Source of the DNA: Tricharina praecox
Taxonomy: Eukaryota
DNA length: 64,000 bases
Assembly: GCF_024521635.1 (NCBI RefSeq)
Contig: NW_026250403.1
Coordinates: forward strand, 558,001-622,000
Direction of reading: 5' to 3'
Below are positions 48,050 to 61,967 of the stretch, piece after piece. Within the stretch, counting starts at the first letter, position 1. The number at the start of each line of letters is the position of its first letter. The translations under genes and the position numbers were made by a program. The notes under the pieces are model-generated. The model searched no databases, had not been told where the DNA came from, and saw only the letters and a list, made by a program, of their open reading frames with translations.

Positions 48050-48686
48050 GGCTGCTATTGCCGTTTTTGCTGTTACTTCAGGCAGAATTACAGAAGTTTT
48101 GTGGCGGAGGTGGGGTGAGGCGCGTTGAAGGTGAAGTTATATCGCCGTTGCTGCTGGGTTGAATGATTCTTTTACACGCTTGAGCCTTGACTTTTATTGA
48201 ATGACTGTTTGATGCCGCCACTTGGTGGGGTGGAGGGGCAACCTTAACGAGAAGCGGCGGCTCAACTGAGAAGTTACCTAAATAAGAACACTTCCTAAAA
48301 AGGGGATCCATCTAAGCTTAGCAGCCAATAATAACTGATGACTGGGCGTGCATCTCGCTGCAAAGAAAGAAAGAAAGAAAGAAAAGAGCCGCATGCTGCC
48401 CCAGCAGCAACTGAACTGCAGCTGCGTCTATGGAAAAGAGCTCTCCTCCTTACTACACCAGTTGCTTGTACTGGCGCATGTCTCTCTACTGTGCTCCTTT
48501 CGTCATCGTTCGAATACAAAGAAGTGGTTTTCTCCGACAATAGCTCTCAAAGCCACTCCCCATCCCCTCCTTCTCCTTGCCGCGGCGAGTGAAACTGCTG
48601 GTTAGTGGTCGTCAACAAGATGTTCTTCCGCACACTCACACATTGACGGCACTTGGTCGAGGACTGACTACAGTGAAAGTTCCACC

Positions 48687-50116
48687 ATGGCCAAAGGAGT
48701 CCGCAAGACAGCTCTTCCGGCGAGAAAGGCGCCAGCAGCGGCAGCAGCAGCAGCTGGTGTAGACAGCGCGGTGCAGTATGTCAATACGCAGGCACCGTTG
48801 GTGAAGAGGTAAGTTCCTCTACTTGAACTCAACCCCCTCCCCCCGCGTCTTTCTGGCGTTTGTGCTCTTGCCCCCGCTCCCGGAGAGGTGATGAGCTCTT
48901 CACTTTTGGTGGATGCCATTGCAGATGCACTTTCTCCGCGGTTATTAGAGATCTTTTGATCCATTGTGGGATTTTGCGCTCTGCTTCTGGTTGGAGGGCT
49001 GCCTCATTGGTGACTCGCATCGCGCAGGGTTTTTCACCTCCCCAAGCTTCATGCCCACAATCCCTTCCCACACACAAACACACACAAGAACGTCTATTGC
49101 ATTTTTGCTTATTCGGGACCAATTTGTGTATCCTCGGTTTTCGTTTTGTTTTCGAGAATTTTGGGCTAATAAGAAATTTGCCGCCGTCCTTCAGACCTCC
49201 ACCGCCGGCGTCTACGCGGAAAGTGAACCTCCCTCCGCCGCCTCCACTGCCGCCGAAACCTCGCAGCAAAGTACCGCTATACATAGGCGGCACCTTCTTG
49301 TACGCCTTGGCCGTCTATGGCGCCTACGTCTTTATCACGACCTCGAAAAGTATTCCGAAGGAACCAGTTTATGCAAAACCCCTGGACGAGCAGGAGGATA
49401 TCAGCCATGTGTACAACAACATAGCGTTGAAGTATGACAAAGAGATATGGACCAGTGAATTTTTCATGGGCATGCCTTTGCTTCGGAGGAGCATGGCAAA
49501 GCGGGCCACCGTGAGTGTCCACTCTACTATGCTTTCATTGCAAAACAACTAGGCTAATACATGACTCCAGGGCAATGTCCTTGAGGCCTCCGCCGGAACG
49601 GGCAGAAATATCAAGTGGTATCCACTCTCCGGGAGGAAGGTGACGTCCCTCACCATGGTCGACACCAGCGCGCCCATGCTGCAAATCGCTCGCAAGGCAT
49701 TTCACAAACGCCATCCCACGTACAAGAACGTACACTTCACTATCCAGGATGCTGCCGCCCCGTTAGCGTCACCTTCTAGCGATAAATTCGACACGGTGAT
49801 CCAGAGCATGGGAATATGCTCGCATCACTCGCCCGTCCAGCTTCTCCGCAACCTAGGTGAAGTTTGCAAGGATGACGGCAACATCATACTCTTGGAGCAT
49901 GGAAAGAGCCATTACGACTGGCTGAATCGCATTCTGGACCGGTTTGCTGAGAAGCATGCGGATACCTGGGGATGTTGGTGGAACAGAGATGTGGAAGCGA
50001 TTGTTAGCGAGAGCGGGCTGCGGGTAGTCAAGTTGAGGAGATATCATTTTGGAACCACGTACTGGATCGAGGCGAAGCCACCGCTCAAGGCGGATAAGTC
50101 GCCGAGTGCGAAATGA
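48687..50116 (+). CDS. OMS1: OMS1-like SAM-dependent methyltransferase; 3 exons (5' exon less certain)
   Basis: ccaccATGg start; introns 48809-49173 and 49511-49570; one TM (LYIGGTFLYALAVYGAYVF); motif I VLEASAGTGRN, FDTVIQSMGICS, LLEHG, WGCWWNRD, RYHFGTTY. Confidence 0.82.
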
Positions 50117-53100
50117 TGAATGTACGTATTTTTAGGTGAGTCATGTTATCTGGGGTGCAACGTCTTTTGTGGCTTTTCTATTACGGCGCGGTGATCATCC
50201 TACGGTCGACCCTGGAAGCTGCTCCGTGTTGCATGGGAGGTTTCTACCAGGTTTCTGTCATGCTGGCCAAGCATTTCGGGTACCGAACCGAAAGCCAGTC
50301 GAGTCATTTGCTTCATATCGATAATCACCAGAGTTGAGTCAACTAACAGTTTTAATATCAAAGATAGGTGGGTTACATCGACCAGATGACGGTTACGCAC
50401 TCTAACTTTCGTCAGCCTGCACCCCAGACTTATGTAGATACCTTGACCACAAAACACTGGTGAGTCTAGTACATACTCTGCGTCAACCTCATCACTCATG
50501 ACTGAAACTGACTTCCAGACCAAATACCAGTATTCTTTCGCTTCCACCACAGCATTGGTGATCGTGACGTTGCGAGCCTTGGCGGCTACACTAGCGCTTC
50601 GACTTGCGACACAGCTGCAACCTGTGAGTCTGAGGATCTAAAATTGAGGATCTTCCTGTTTTGCGTCAGGGTCACGCAAGATAACGCAGGCGGAGATGGT
50701 CACCCCAAATCCAAGTTTTGCGCGGATAACGGGGATTTGGAACTCCTGATCCGCCAAACGGCTGCCTAGGTGGGCGATGAAAGGCATGATGGCCGGGCGT
50801 CACCAACATTCAAGGTCGTGCCAGATGTTGCAAGTCGTCTTTTCGGTTAACGTCTCATCTTGAGATCACTGCATATCCGCCTTTCCTTGCACGATTGATC
50901 ACTGGGCGGGAAAAGAGTATGCTGCGAATGCTAGAGATGCTCGAAAACGATATCTCACAGTTGATAGCCGCTGTGGAATTATACGAGTACGCGATGTGGA
51001 AACCCGATACTCCGAGACCCGAGCACAGGACCGACGGAGATTCCGGCTTGGGGAACAAGTCCTACCCATCCGCCTGGATGGTTAGCTTTACGAAAGTACC
51101 GGCTACCCGGCTTGTGACTAACAGCGCACCGTTGCAGACAGAAGCGTTGACCAGCGGATCAGAGACTTTCTGCCCACCGAAAGGTGAAAAATGAAGTGAA
51201 AAATGGAAGTGCATTTCGCACAAAAACTGCTCCTTGTCCAACCCGACGCCACTTCGGCCTGACAGAGGCACCACATTTTACCCTTCATTTCACTTTCATT
51301 TCCTCCTTTGGGCTGAATTTCTTTATTGTCAGGGACCTCGGACTGATGCAGATTCGTTTTTCTGGACGAAAGTCTGGTGGCGCCGTTGTGACGGACTGTC
51401 CGCACCATTCCGGATTACCGCAGAAGGATGTCTCCGTCACACCATCACCTGCTGTTTGCGAAGAGATTGGTCTTTCTGGCTTGTATCACGGTGTTGCTGC
51501 AATGTGCATGCGCAATTATTAATTTGCATCGCCGCCTCAAATAGGAGATACGTCTACCGATGTTCGAGCCCCGCATCGGAAAATAACAACTTACTTAATT
51601 ATTTCTGCGGTTGGGTGGGGGGTTCTTTGTTTGCTGCGTCTTACGAGGCAGCTGGATGCTGATGGGGGCTGGATGCGATACCTATCAAAACCTGCAGCCG
51701 CACTTGAAACAGTTGTGAGGCAAACACGCACGTGCTCTTGTCAGTTGCGCTAGCCTTATTTTGAACTAGGCAATGCCTCCGAAGGTAAATTCCCCGCAGG
51801 AGGGGCCCTTCGATTTGCCGCTTACTGTTTCTGACGGGAGTTTCTAGTTTCTTTCTGCGCCAGAATTTCTGCCGCGCAACAAGTTTTTGCATCTGCCACT
51901 GTGCAAGTGGGGCGCTACTGCTGATGCAGTCCGAAATCCGGCCGCCAGCCAGCCAGCCAGCCATCACATTTCACGTCAGGATGATCGAATTGGAAGCCTC
52001 CTCTCTGAAGACTTTTTTTTTTGAGTCGGAATGCCTCCCACACTTATTGCGTCCGGTGCCAAGCGTGACCCGTGACCTCGGCAATCCGATTGACCGGTGG
52101 GGGTAAAGAGAAGCAGGCGACGAGGAGGTAACTGCCTACGGCTACGCAGAGTAGAATGCGCGCAACTTTACGCAGACCGCAATTCGATGGAGTAATAGAA
52201 TGTTGAACGCAATTACCACACAACAAGACTCCGTCGCCGCCAACTTTGCCGAAACGCCAAGGATACAGAAGATGAACATCATGGCATTTCCAAACGGTCG
52301 AACAACACAAACTTCATTCTTTCTCCAGCTCTTGGACCGTTCATAAATACTGCATACCATGTCTGAGCCAAGCAGCAAATCACATCTGAAGACCTCCACG
52401 CGTCCAAGAAAGGTTGTGGGCAGCCTCGGAGCCCATCAGGATACCCGATCAGCGCCGAGAGCCCGTTACCCGCGCTATAGAGCACATTCGGTCTCGCTGC
52501 AGACCGTATCAAGAAACGGTTCAACACAAATTTCGGTGGACGTGGGACTGGTGCGACCCAGACGAAGCTCGGTATCGATGGTGATGGGGCCTGGGTATTC
52601 GGATCCAGTGGTGGTCAGACCATGTCTCATAAAGAGTGCGGACTCGCTGTGAATGTGGACCCCTAACGGCCGTCAGGCAGAAACCTACTGGCTTTTTGAG
52701 ACGGTCACGACAGTCATATCTTCGACGGCAGGGGCGTTCGTTACGGACTTGTGTTCACAACGAGTCTGCACCGCACACAACGTACATAGAAATTATCGGG
52801 CTGAGGCGAATATCTATCCTCTGAAGCGTGGTGCCGCCGTTGTTCCGGAGGAAGCACAATACATAGTCGCTACAGGTGATATCAGTCATCATAAGAATTT
52901 GTGTTCGTCACACCTTCGGTAAGAATGAGGCGTCCAAGCGCGGCAGCGGGGTCATCCGCACTGTGAAGGTAGAAGTTGCGTCCGGCAGAACGATAAGCAA
53001 CAGACGTCGATATGCGCTTTATCGTGTTTTCATCTGTCGATAATGTCGCTGCTCTGTTGTGTTTCCTGCCGGAGAGAGCACAGTGCGTGGGCTGACGCAT

Positions 53101-54743
53101 TGATGCTGAAGGGCCCGCCGTGTACGTACCCACCCTTTCACGGCTGAATAATGCCTATATAATGAAGTGTATTGCTGTCACTTCACGGGTGGTGACTCGG
53201 CTGACCTGTCACATCCTATCACTCCGTTCCAGAGGCCTGGCGCATATTCCAGCGGGTGTGAGTCGAGGTGAGATGTAACCAACAGAGGGGGTCCGTGTGA
53301 CAGATCTGGCAAGGATTGCTGCGGCAGCCGGCCAATCACATGGCAAGGGCCACCCACCGCAGATCAAGCGAAGAAGAAGAACAACGAACGCACGCACACA
53401 TTTTCCCAAAAAGAAGAGCCGACACGAAGGGCAGGAAACGGACAAGCACCCGCATGCTTCAACTCTCAGGTGTTGGGACCAAAGCGGCATATCGAACGGC
53501 TCGAAAATCAATCTCCATATTCTTCCGACCAACAACTGCCTGCCGCGACGGGGACGGTTGGGAATCCCGGCACATTCAGCGACAAAGTATCGTAGGTATT
53601 TTGCCCAACCCAGATACGGTACACAGACACCTGCCTACGTTGGGAGGATTGATGTCTGTGATATGATGACACCGAGAATCCGATTTGATCCTCACGGTCT
53701 GTCTGGCTGGCTATGTAGGTGGTGACAGGAGGATGGAAGGAGGGGGAGGGGAGGAGGGGTTTGCCTGCCTGGAGGGGGCGGAGGGACGGAGGGGCGGCGT
53801 GGGCTCGCAGTCAATCAAAGACTCCGTCATCCATGACGCCAAATCTCATCCACATCCACTAACAACATCCATCACGCATACACACATCCTCTAGAAGACC
53901 AAACCCTACCACAGGAATTCTTTCTTTCCTGCACTCCACGGTTTCTCCACTGCCATCCCCCACTTTTGTCCCCCCTCTATCTCACTCAGATTTCTCCAAC
54001 CTGCCCGGCATCTGGGTAAGCGTCTGCGAACACAGCACCTTCTTCTTTATCTAAAGGTTCGATTGCAAATAATTTCCTACTGGACCGCTTCGACCAAGTG
54101 CTTGCCACTCGTTGAGCCGTTCGACGGAACGCACAGAGAAGTCACTTTGTTTGCGTGCAAAAAAAGAAGAATACGACAGCGGGGTCTGAACCGGTCTTCT
54201 ATTTTATTTTAGCATCTCCGCCCGCTGCCCTTTGTTAGGGGTGTCGTCAGCAAAACCTTGCCCTATTTTCTGGTCTGCTCTAAAAAGGCGCTTCGATCAA
54301 GGACCGAACGAAGGAAGAGGAAGACCGGCCAGATCCTACGACCTGCCTCGGAGAAAAAAATAGAAAAAAAAGAAGAAAAAAAAGAATCCATAGCATCATC
54401 CAACCTTCACCTCCGCATCCGAACGTCTCGCCGCCCATCGTTGTGTGGGTTAGGTTGTTGCTCTAGCTGCAGGCCTGCCACTGCTGCAAAGCCTTGACTG
54501 GGGAGTCCCTTTAGCTGCCTTCCACCCTTTCCTGCGCTAGCCGCCCTCAGCCATTGGACTCTCTTTCGGTGCACCCCAACCCACCACGTCTTTTCCTTTT
54601 TATCCGACTTTTTTTTCTCTAGCCGATAGACCCCAAACCCCTTTCCACCACTCTTTACCATACCTGGGTGGACGGTAAGCAGGCAGACGACATACATATC
54701 AAACCCACTCTATCAATCCCTGGGGTCACTTACAATCGATAAT

Positions 54744-54875
54744 CCTCCTCCCCCTCATCATCATCATCATCCTCGCCCTCCTCGTCCTCCTCGTCCTCCT
54801 CCCCCTCCTCCCCCCTCCTCCTCCCCTCCTCCCCTCCTCCTCCCTCCTCTCCCTCCCTCTCCCTCTTCTTCCTCC
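54744..54875. repeat. Pyrimidine-rich (CCT)n/(CAT)n low-complexity tract upstream of GDS1-like gene
   Basis: About 130 nt, almost entirely C/T, read directly. Confidence 0.9.
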
Positions 54876-55039
54876 ATACAACCTTCATATCTTATTCATC
54901 TTATTTATCTTACTTACTCGTCTGGTTTTGGTGGCGATCTCGTACACGCTCCTACAAAGAAAATCATCTGTCCCCCGCCACCCGCTCAATAAAAAAGACC
55001 ATTGTGCTTTTCTGCGAATCTCAAACAAAACAAAACCAA

Positions 55040-56352
55040 ATGCCATACAATACTCGTCGAAAGTCGCTCTCTCTGCCGTCGCTCGGAATTCACTTGCCAC
55101 ACAGCTCGCGATCGCAACAGGCGCCTCCCGCTTCAGCGAAGGCCGAACACTCTCCTCATAAAAGAACAAAACGAGATTATTCCCCCACAATAACTGTGGC
55201 GCACAAGCATGGCCGCTACGACCCCACCCCGCCGCCGTCCCCGCCGCCAGAGAGTAAAATAAATCATGCCGACATCAACGATGAGATTGTGTCTGGAGTC
55301 GCAAAGGTTTTGGAGCAAACCGGAAACCGACCGCACACCGTGAAGGAATTGGCCATTTCGCTGGCCCCGATCGTCAACCTTGTTGAAAAGTAAGACCACC
55401 CCCCCGTCCGCTCTCAGTCCCCCCGTGTGCACAGTCGCGCCGCGCACATCCCGCTCTCACTCTTTATCTCGGTTATGATGCAAGCAAGCTGACACATGCG
55501 TTACCTCGCTATAGTTCGGCCAATCCCACCGCAATCATCTCGTCGCGCCTCAACGCATACCTGAAACGAGGGTTCACTCCGTCGTCGCCATGCCTACTGA
55601 AGAAGGAATTGATTACCACCCATCCTCGGCGCATCTACTTCTACCTCACCATGTGCCCCCATCAACCGATCCCTCAGCACGAGAACGACTTGCCTTCCAG
55701 CCGCCGTAGCGTGGTCTCGCCAGCCCTCTCGGATGAGGAAGAAGAGGAAATGCGCAGACGGTCGGAATTGTCGCCCAGTCCCGAGGTCGACCTCTCATCG
55801 CACGAACTCGACGACGGCGACTCCACCGACACCGGCAGCCTCGCATCCACGTCCGCCAGCATGATTTCTGGCCAGAGGAATCAGGCGTCTTCCTCGCTCA
55901 GCCACAAGAATCACCTCGCCTCCCCACCACTGGAAGGCGACGAGCGCGAGTTCAGTCAATCGGCCATCTTCATTGAGCGCCGATCGACATCGCGCGACAA
56001 CGACAGCAGTAGGCACGCTTCCAAGCGCACCAGAGAGGAATTCGAATCAGAAGTTGTCGCACAAGACGAGCGCACCTACGAGGAGGCCACCGCAACGTTA
56101 CTTGGCTACCCGACCTCCAACAGCGAGGGCGCATTCAACAGCCCCGCACTTGCACCCACCAACGAGGACTCCAGCAAGCGTGAGGATGTCGAGAAGACTC
56201 CTAGCAAGATTCCTCATCACCCCCACCACCACATGATGTCTTCTTTCTCGGAGAAAGTCGATCTTTACAGCTGGAGCGGAGAGTTAGAAAGACACCTTGG
56301 AAGTCCCGAGAGCGTAGAGCTCGACGAACTGGATGATATGTTGGACTTTTGA
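55040..56352 (+). CDS. GDS1: Gds1-like winged-helix protein; 2 exons
   Basis: Start MPYNTRRKSLSLPSLGIH; motifs TPPPSP, INDEIV, GNRPHTVKELA, SANPTAIISSRLNAYLKR (after intron 55390-55514), HPRRIYFYLT, terminal SPESVELDELDDML. Confidence 0.85.
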
Positions 56353-58794
56353 TCGATTACAAGGATAAAACCTTCGATCCCGCTTTTTCGTGTTTTTCGC
56401 AATTGACCTTTCTTCACTTCTCAACAGTGCACCGTCACCTTGCCGCTTTATCATATTGGTCCGGTGGGGATAGAAATCTGCTGTAATCGTCTATCGCCAC
56501 TCTTCTGTTTCGCTCTGTTCGTTTTTATCTACTCCTTTCCTATTGTTTTTTTGTTTTAAGCTGGGTATTTCAGGCGTTTTTTCTTTTCTTCTCTACTTGT
56601 TGGTGGCAGTTTTTGATTACTGTGTGGGATGCAATGACCCGATGGATGGATGATGGATGACAGTTGTATGTGGACGTTGAAACCCCAGCCGAGAAGCTGG
56701 GCTGCCACAGATACTGATCAGATTTTTTTTACACTTTCGGTCGTCTTTATTGATGGATCGGATGTGGGAGGGGGAAGGTGGGGGGTGGGGGGATGGTTGT
56801 CGGTCGGTCTTTTGCGTGCGTTGCGCGGGGTGATTTACGATAGATCTGGAGTTTGGACAAAAGATGAGAGCGGAAGTGGAACGGATTGAGATGTATTTTT
56901 AGGTGCGGATGGCGGAAGTGTGCTCGGGAGTCGGAACTTGGAACTCGGAGAGACGGGAATTCTATCACTCGAGAGTTAAGGGTTGGTGCTTGATGTGCTT
57001 GATGCTTGGAATTGATTATGATTTGATGTGTGCACGATAATTATTTTTCGGCATTTCGCGATCAGCTGCAGACTGTTGCCTCGTGAGTCGCGAGTTTGCG
57101 TTGCCGACGCACGAATTGGCCTCGACCTCACAATTACCAATTCCATCTAGGCATCTACATAATACATATCCCGCCGTTTGTGTGGACCCGTGATGCACGA
57201 GCCCGCAATTCTAGAAGAAGAAGAAGAACCACATCCGTCGTGTCGTGTCGTGTGCGGTGCGTGTAATGTTACATATCTGTGCATATGTAGAGTACGGTAT
57301 GTAGAGTACGGTATGTAGAGTGTGTAGAGTATGCATATCTCCCTTAGCACGGAACATGCAAAGGATTCTGGAAACATCTTGCCCCACGCCGAAGCCATCG
57401 CCGTTGGCGTTTGGCGCTCTGCGGCGACAGGGGGCGGTGGGCGACGGAGATGGACATCTCATCGATTTGATTGAGCACTACTCTAGATACAGTACATAGC
57501 TGGAAAGGTGGATAGGTAGAGATCTATCCCATGCTATTTGGGCACGCTGTGTTGTTCCAGTCGGTATGGTAGTTTCATAGGTGTTGCGTATCCGCACGTC
57601 CATGATGATCCATCCGCACGTCCATCCGCACATCTTTCCGCACGTCCATCTGCAATCCGCACATCCATCCGCACATCCGCCCTCCAGCATCAAGGCTCAC
57701 CCTGCTCTAGGTACCATAGCACCGAGCAGCGAGTAGCTACGTACAATGTCAAATACGAGATACCGTAGAGCAGACGAAACCATTGATATCCTCAACTCCC
57801 CTCCCATTTCCCATTGGTCCCCCGCCCGACGACTGTCGTTATCGCGATTACCGTATTAAGCGAGAGTCGAGACTGCCACGCGGGCGGCGGCGGGGAGCGA
57901 GCGTCGGGCACCGCGACTACATACCGTAACTACCGGTACATATCTGGCGGGCTCTCGGAGGCACTCGGGCTCGGGAGAGGCTGCTCGGCCGGTGGCGGGC
58001 ACAGGAATTCCTCGCCGCTGCACTCCCCGCCCGTCCCCGCCCCCCCCGTTCGCTAGGGAGGGGGAGGACCGCTGTGGAGAGAATGTGTGCACTGTGCAGT
58101 GACTTTCCGGGCATGCGCCGCAGGATCCACGGCGTTCGTGAGGTTCGTGGGGTTCGTGCGGAGCGGCGCAGGGATCGGGATTCGTCACTCGTGGCTTCAA
58201 CGGCCGGCTAGATACTGCTGCTGCTGTGTTCACCCGCTTACGGTGGGGAGTGAAGACGTACTCCCCAATACCACAACACCCTTCGTTCGCAATCACTCGC
58301 CCTTCCTGTACCCACTTCTCATCATGCGGGCGGGCACGGCCGGTATGCACCTGTAGGCTGTTGCAGGCTTGCAGCAAGCTCCCACCGTCCACCGACCGTG
58401 CGGCGTGCGGCCGTGCTGCGTGCAGCGTGCTAGCCACGCTGTCCGGGCTATAAATACAAGACGACATCCGCCATCTTTTGTCTGTGAACCCTCTTCCTCT
58501 GAACACTCTAGTTCCATGCATTCGTTGCTGCGTCGTCGGCCAAATCGATTACATATGAGGTACCTTAGGTACATAGGTCCATGTACATACCTCGGGTCGG
58601 CCTCGAATGACCACGAATCCACGCTACCGGTATGTACATACACCGCGCATCATCGGCGATATGTAGGACGGTACATACATACATGAGTACGCAGTGGGAT
58701 GGTATGTAGCTACCTAGGTGTTATCTATGTATCACACATGATGCCACTCATCTCTACATGGGAATCTCTGTGTTGTCCTGTCCTGTCGGACTAA

Positions 58795-60282
58795 CTAATC
58801 CGCCAGCTCGAGCACCATCTGCACTCCCCCATCCCCCCTACTCCCGTCGCGCGTCACAACCTCGACCGCTCCACTTGGCCACCCCCACTTGCTCGCAAAC
58901 CGTGCGTCCGCCTTGCGCTCCAGTATGTCGACGATGTGCCCGCCAATGACGGGAAGGAACTTGAAGGCGTGCCCGCTTCCGCCTGTGGCTAGAAACAGGC
59001 CAGCCTTGGTCGGGTGGTACGCTACGATGAAGTCGCCCGTGGCACTGGGGAGTCAGTGGGAGGCGGCAGGTGGGAGAGACGGGATTGGGATTGGGGATTG
59101 GGGCAAATACGTATCATTGTACCAGCAGAGCCGAGTGCTCGACAGTTGCTTGCCGCTAAATTGCGGGACGAGGGAGGACAGTGTGGCAGAGAAAGCGGCC
59201 TTGGCCTCGGCTGGTGCCTCGAGGCCCGGATCGGTCACCACCGTACGCGGTGTCGAGACGATGCGGGTGGTGCCCGTGGTAGCATCCGTGATGGTGGTGG
59301 GGTTAAGATAGCCCGAGGCGTGGCGGGCAATCTTGAGGACATGGTCAGTGTGCTGCGGGATCACGAAGATTCCTTTCGTCCGTCAGCGAGGGATGGAAAA
59401 CTGGTGGAGGTGTAAGGCAGGAGTCACCCGTGGAGAGGTTGAAGACCACCGGCATTTCCTTGACGCTCTCCCATTCCTCGGTCGACAGCGGAAGATACCC
59501 GAGTACCTGTCCCGTAGCCACACTGCGTCCGCTCAGATCCACCAACCCCGGTGTCCAGGCTCCAGTCGCAAGCACCGTCAGCTCCGCCCTAAACTCCACC
59601 CCGCCCTTCAATCTCACCCCCACCACCTTCCCCCCCTCTTCCACCAACCCCACCACCTCTCCCGTGCCAAACGTGACCCTCCCCGTCTTCTCCACCGCAG
59701 CCCTCAAAAACCTGACCGCCCCCTCCGCATCCGCCCATCCCGAAGTCCAATTCGCATATCCACGTACACCCAACGCACCACCCCCGGTCCTGCAAACCCT
59801 TCCCACATCCTCCCTCGTCTCCAACAATTCCAGTTCACACTTGACGCCCAGCTCAGGCAAGAGCTTCGCCACGGTCGCATACGAGGCGTCTACATAGGCC
59901 ATCCCCCCTTCTTCAGCGGTAAGGACGAGCCCCGTCTCGGTATACCGCCCATCTGCGCCAATGCCGTGCAACGGGTGCGTTGCGTCTGCGCCCCGCCAGA
60001 TGGTCTGGGCCTCGTGGCACAGCCGCGCGTACGCTGCGTCGCTGTAGTCCGGGCGCACAATGCGCGAGGAGTCGATGCTGCTGCCGTCGGCGGCGGGGAA
60101 GGGGAGCCGGTCGAGTAGTGTGATGGTCGTGGAAGAGAAGGTGGGGCGCAGGGCGAGCGAGAGAGCGGTAGTTACTTTACTCGACGCTGTTAGCTGGTTA
60201 CCTGGTATGCGGAGGGATGGGGAAACGCACGCCCAAATTCGCCGGAGCCGATGATGAGGATTGAAGCTGGTGGGCGGTCCAT
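58795..60282 (-). CDS. FAD-dependent amine oxidase (L-pipecolate/sarcosine/fructosyl-amino-acid oxidase family); 4 exons
   Basis: Rossmann ILIIGSGEFG|LTTA; SSIDSSRIVRPDY; VLATGAW; KIARH; TRLCWYNDT; ATGGSGHAFKFLPVIG. Introns 60175-60230, 59373-59427, 59045-59110. Confidence 0.92.
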
Positions 60283-61967
60283 AGTTGTAATCGTTGCTGG
60301 TTGTGGAGAGCTTGAGAGTCAAGAGGAAGCAGACCAACAAGGTTCGAATAGGTACCTGGGGATCACCCCACAATTATTGTAGCTGCAATCCTGAGTAGAA
60401 ATAGAGTGCGGTTTATGTGACAGGCATTGCGACGGAGACTTTGCGAGATAATGTATCTATGCGTGCAGCTGCAGTTGCAGTTGTTTGGGAGCTTCTGTTT
60501 CGGGAATAAAGCTCCGTCTTCCGTAATGATTTCACGACAGTAGTTTTCCACTGATCGCTACATACGCACTAAAGAAAGAGAGGGGCGCGCCAAAGAAAGC
60601 TGTATATACACCGGGTTACCACTTCCCCCCCCCCTCCCCCCTCCCCCCTCCCCCAACCTTGCCACTGCGCACCTCTCCACTGCTATCTCCGTCCCCCCTC
60701 TCTACAAAACGCTGCGTAGGAGGCCAAGATAGCCGGGCTTTCCATTTCGTCGTTCCCTATATCCCAATGTAGGATTTCTAAAATGCGAGTGACGCGTTGT
60801 GAATAAAGCACTTCCTTGGAGAGTAGATACAGGGACCGGGAACTGGACCATAACTAAGGGAAAGCTGTATGCTAGGTATTGGATGGAGCTGAGAGAGAAT
60901 ATCTTGCTGCTGGTTGTGATGAAACAATGTAGGTATTTGACGCGGATAAAGGCAGAGGTAGTTCGAAGTTCGAACAATCTAGGTACTTGACTCCTAGGGA
61001 GCTCTCCAGTGTTTACCTAGGTAGCCTAGACAACATGCAAGTTCTCTGTGCAGTGCTGCCACAGCTTCTCCACCCGTACGGGAATTAGGACCAGTGAGGC
61101 TTGATCCAACCTACCCAAGCAGTGACAACCGAAAACTCCCGACCAAAACATGGCTGAATTTCGTCCTTGGACCAAAAGAACAGGCGGTTGTATGTACTTG
61201 TCGATGGCGATGCTCTTAAGATTTGGTTACCAGTCAGCCAGTGCCATAGGTACCTACTCCCATATCCCCAAAGTTCGGTGTGCTTTTCTACTCCGTTGGA
61301 GCGCTTCATGGTGTGCTGACTGCCAGTTCTTTGCTGCCCAAAGTCATTTTCTTGTAAATCGAAATACCGAGCAGTGTTGTGCGCCGGTGGCCGGTCTGCT
61401 TGCTAGGAATTTCTGAGAATCATTGCGGGTCCTACCGTCCCACCGTCCCACCATCCCACAGGGAGAAGGGTAAGTACTAAGGAATATGAATCGAGTGAGC
61501 TTTTGGCCCACCAATCGTAACCATCTAGATCGGAAATATCCGAGAATATAAATAATAAAACAAGTAGAGAAGAAACCCAAAGGCCTCAGACTGTCAGGCA
61601 AGGTGCTCGGTCGGAACCCTCTACCGGACGGCTTATTTGCCAAAATTCCCTCTCTCTGCTCTTGCCCGCTGGCTACCTAGATAGGTAGGTATTTAGGCAC
61701 TCGATCAAACCCTACGTTTATTATTTCTCCTGGCCCACATTGCTATGAATAATTTATATACCAGCTGTAGTTGCCAGTCAACCAGCCCAATCCAATCAGC
61801 TCAATCCAACCAGCCAAACCAACTCTACCGTATAATCATAGAATCTCGCTCGCCCTTCGAGGTATTGTTAGGTACTGTCCGTTATTAAGCGTCTACTTGC
61901 CTACAATGTACATAAGTATTTAGTCACGGTTCTTGACATTGTCCCTGGAATTATCGCTTCTCTACTA

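Noticed and set aside
58730..58800. Cryptic PTS1 on the FAD oxidase via readthrough
   Set aside because: The stop is TAG-TTA, and the downstream frame ends ..HHV without an SKL-like tripeptide.
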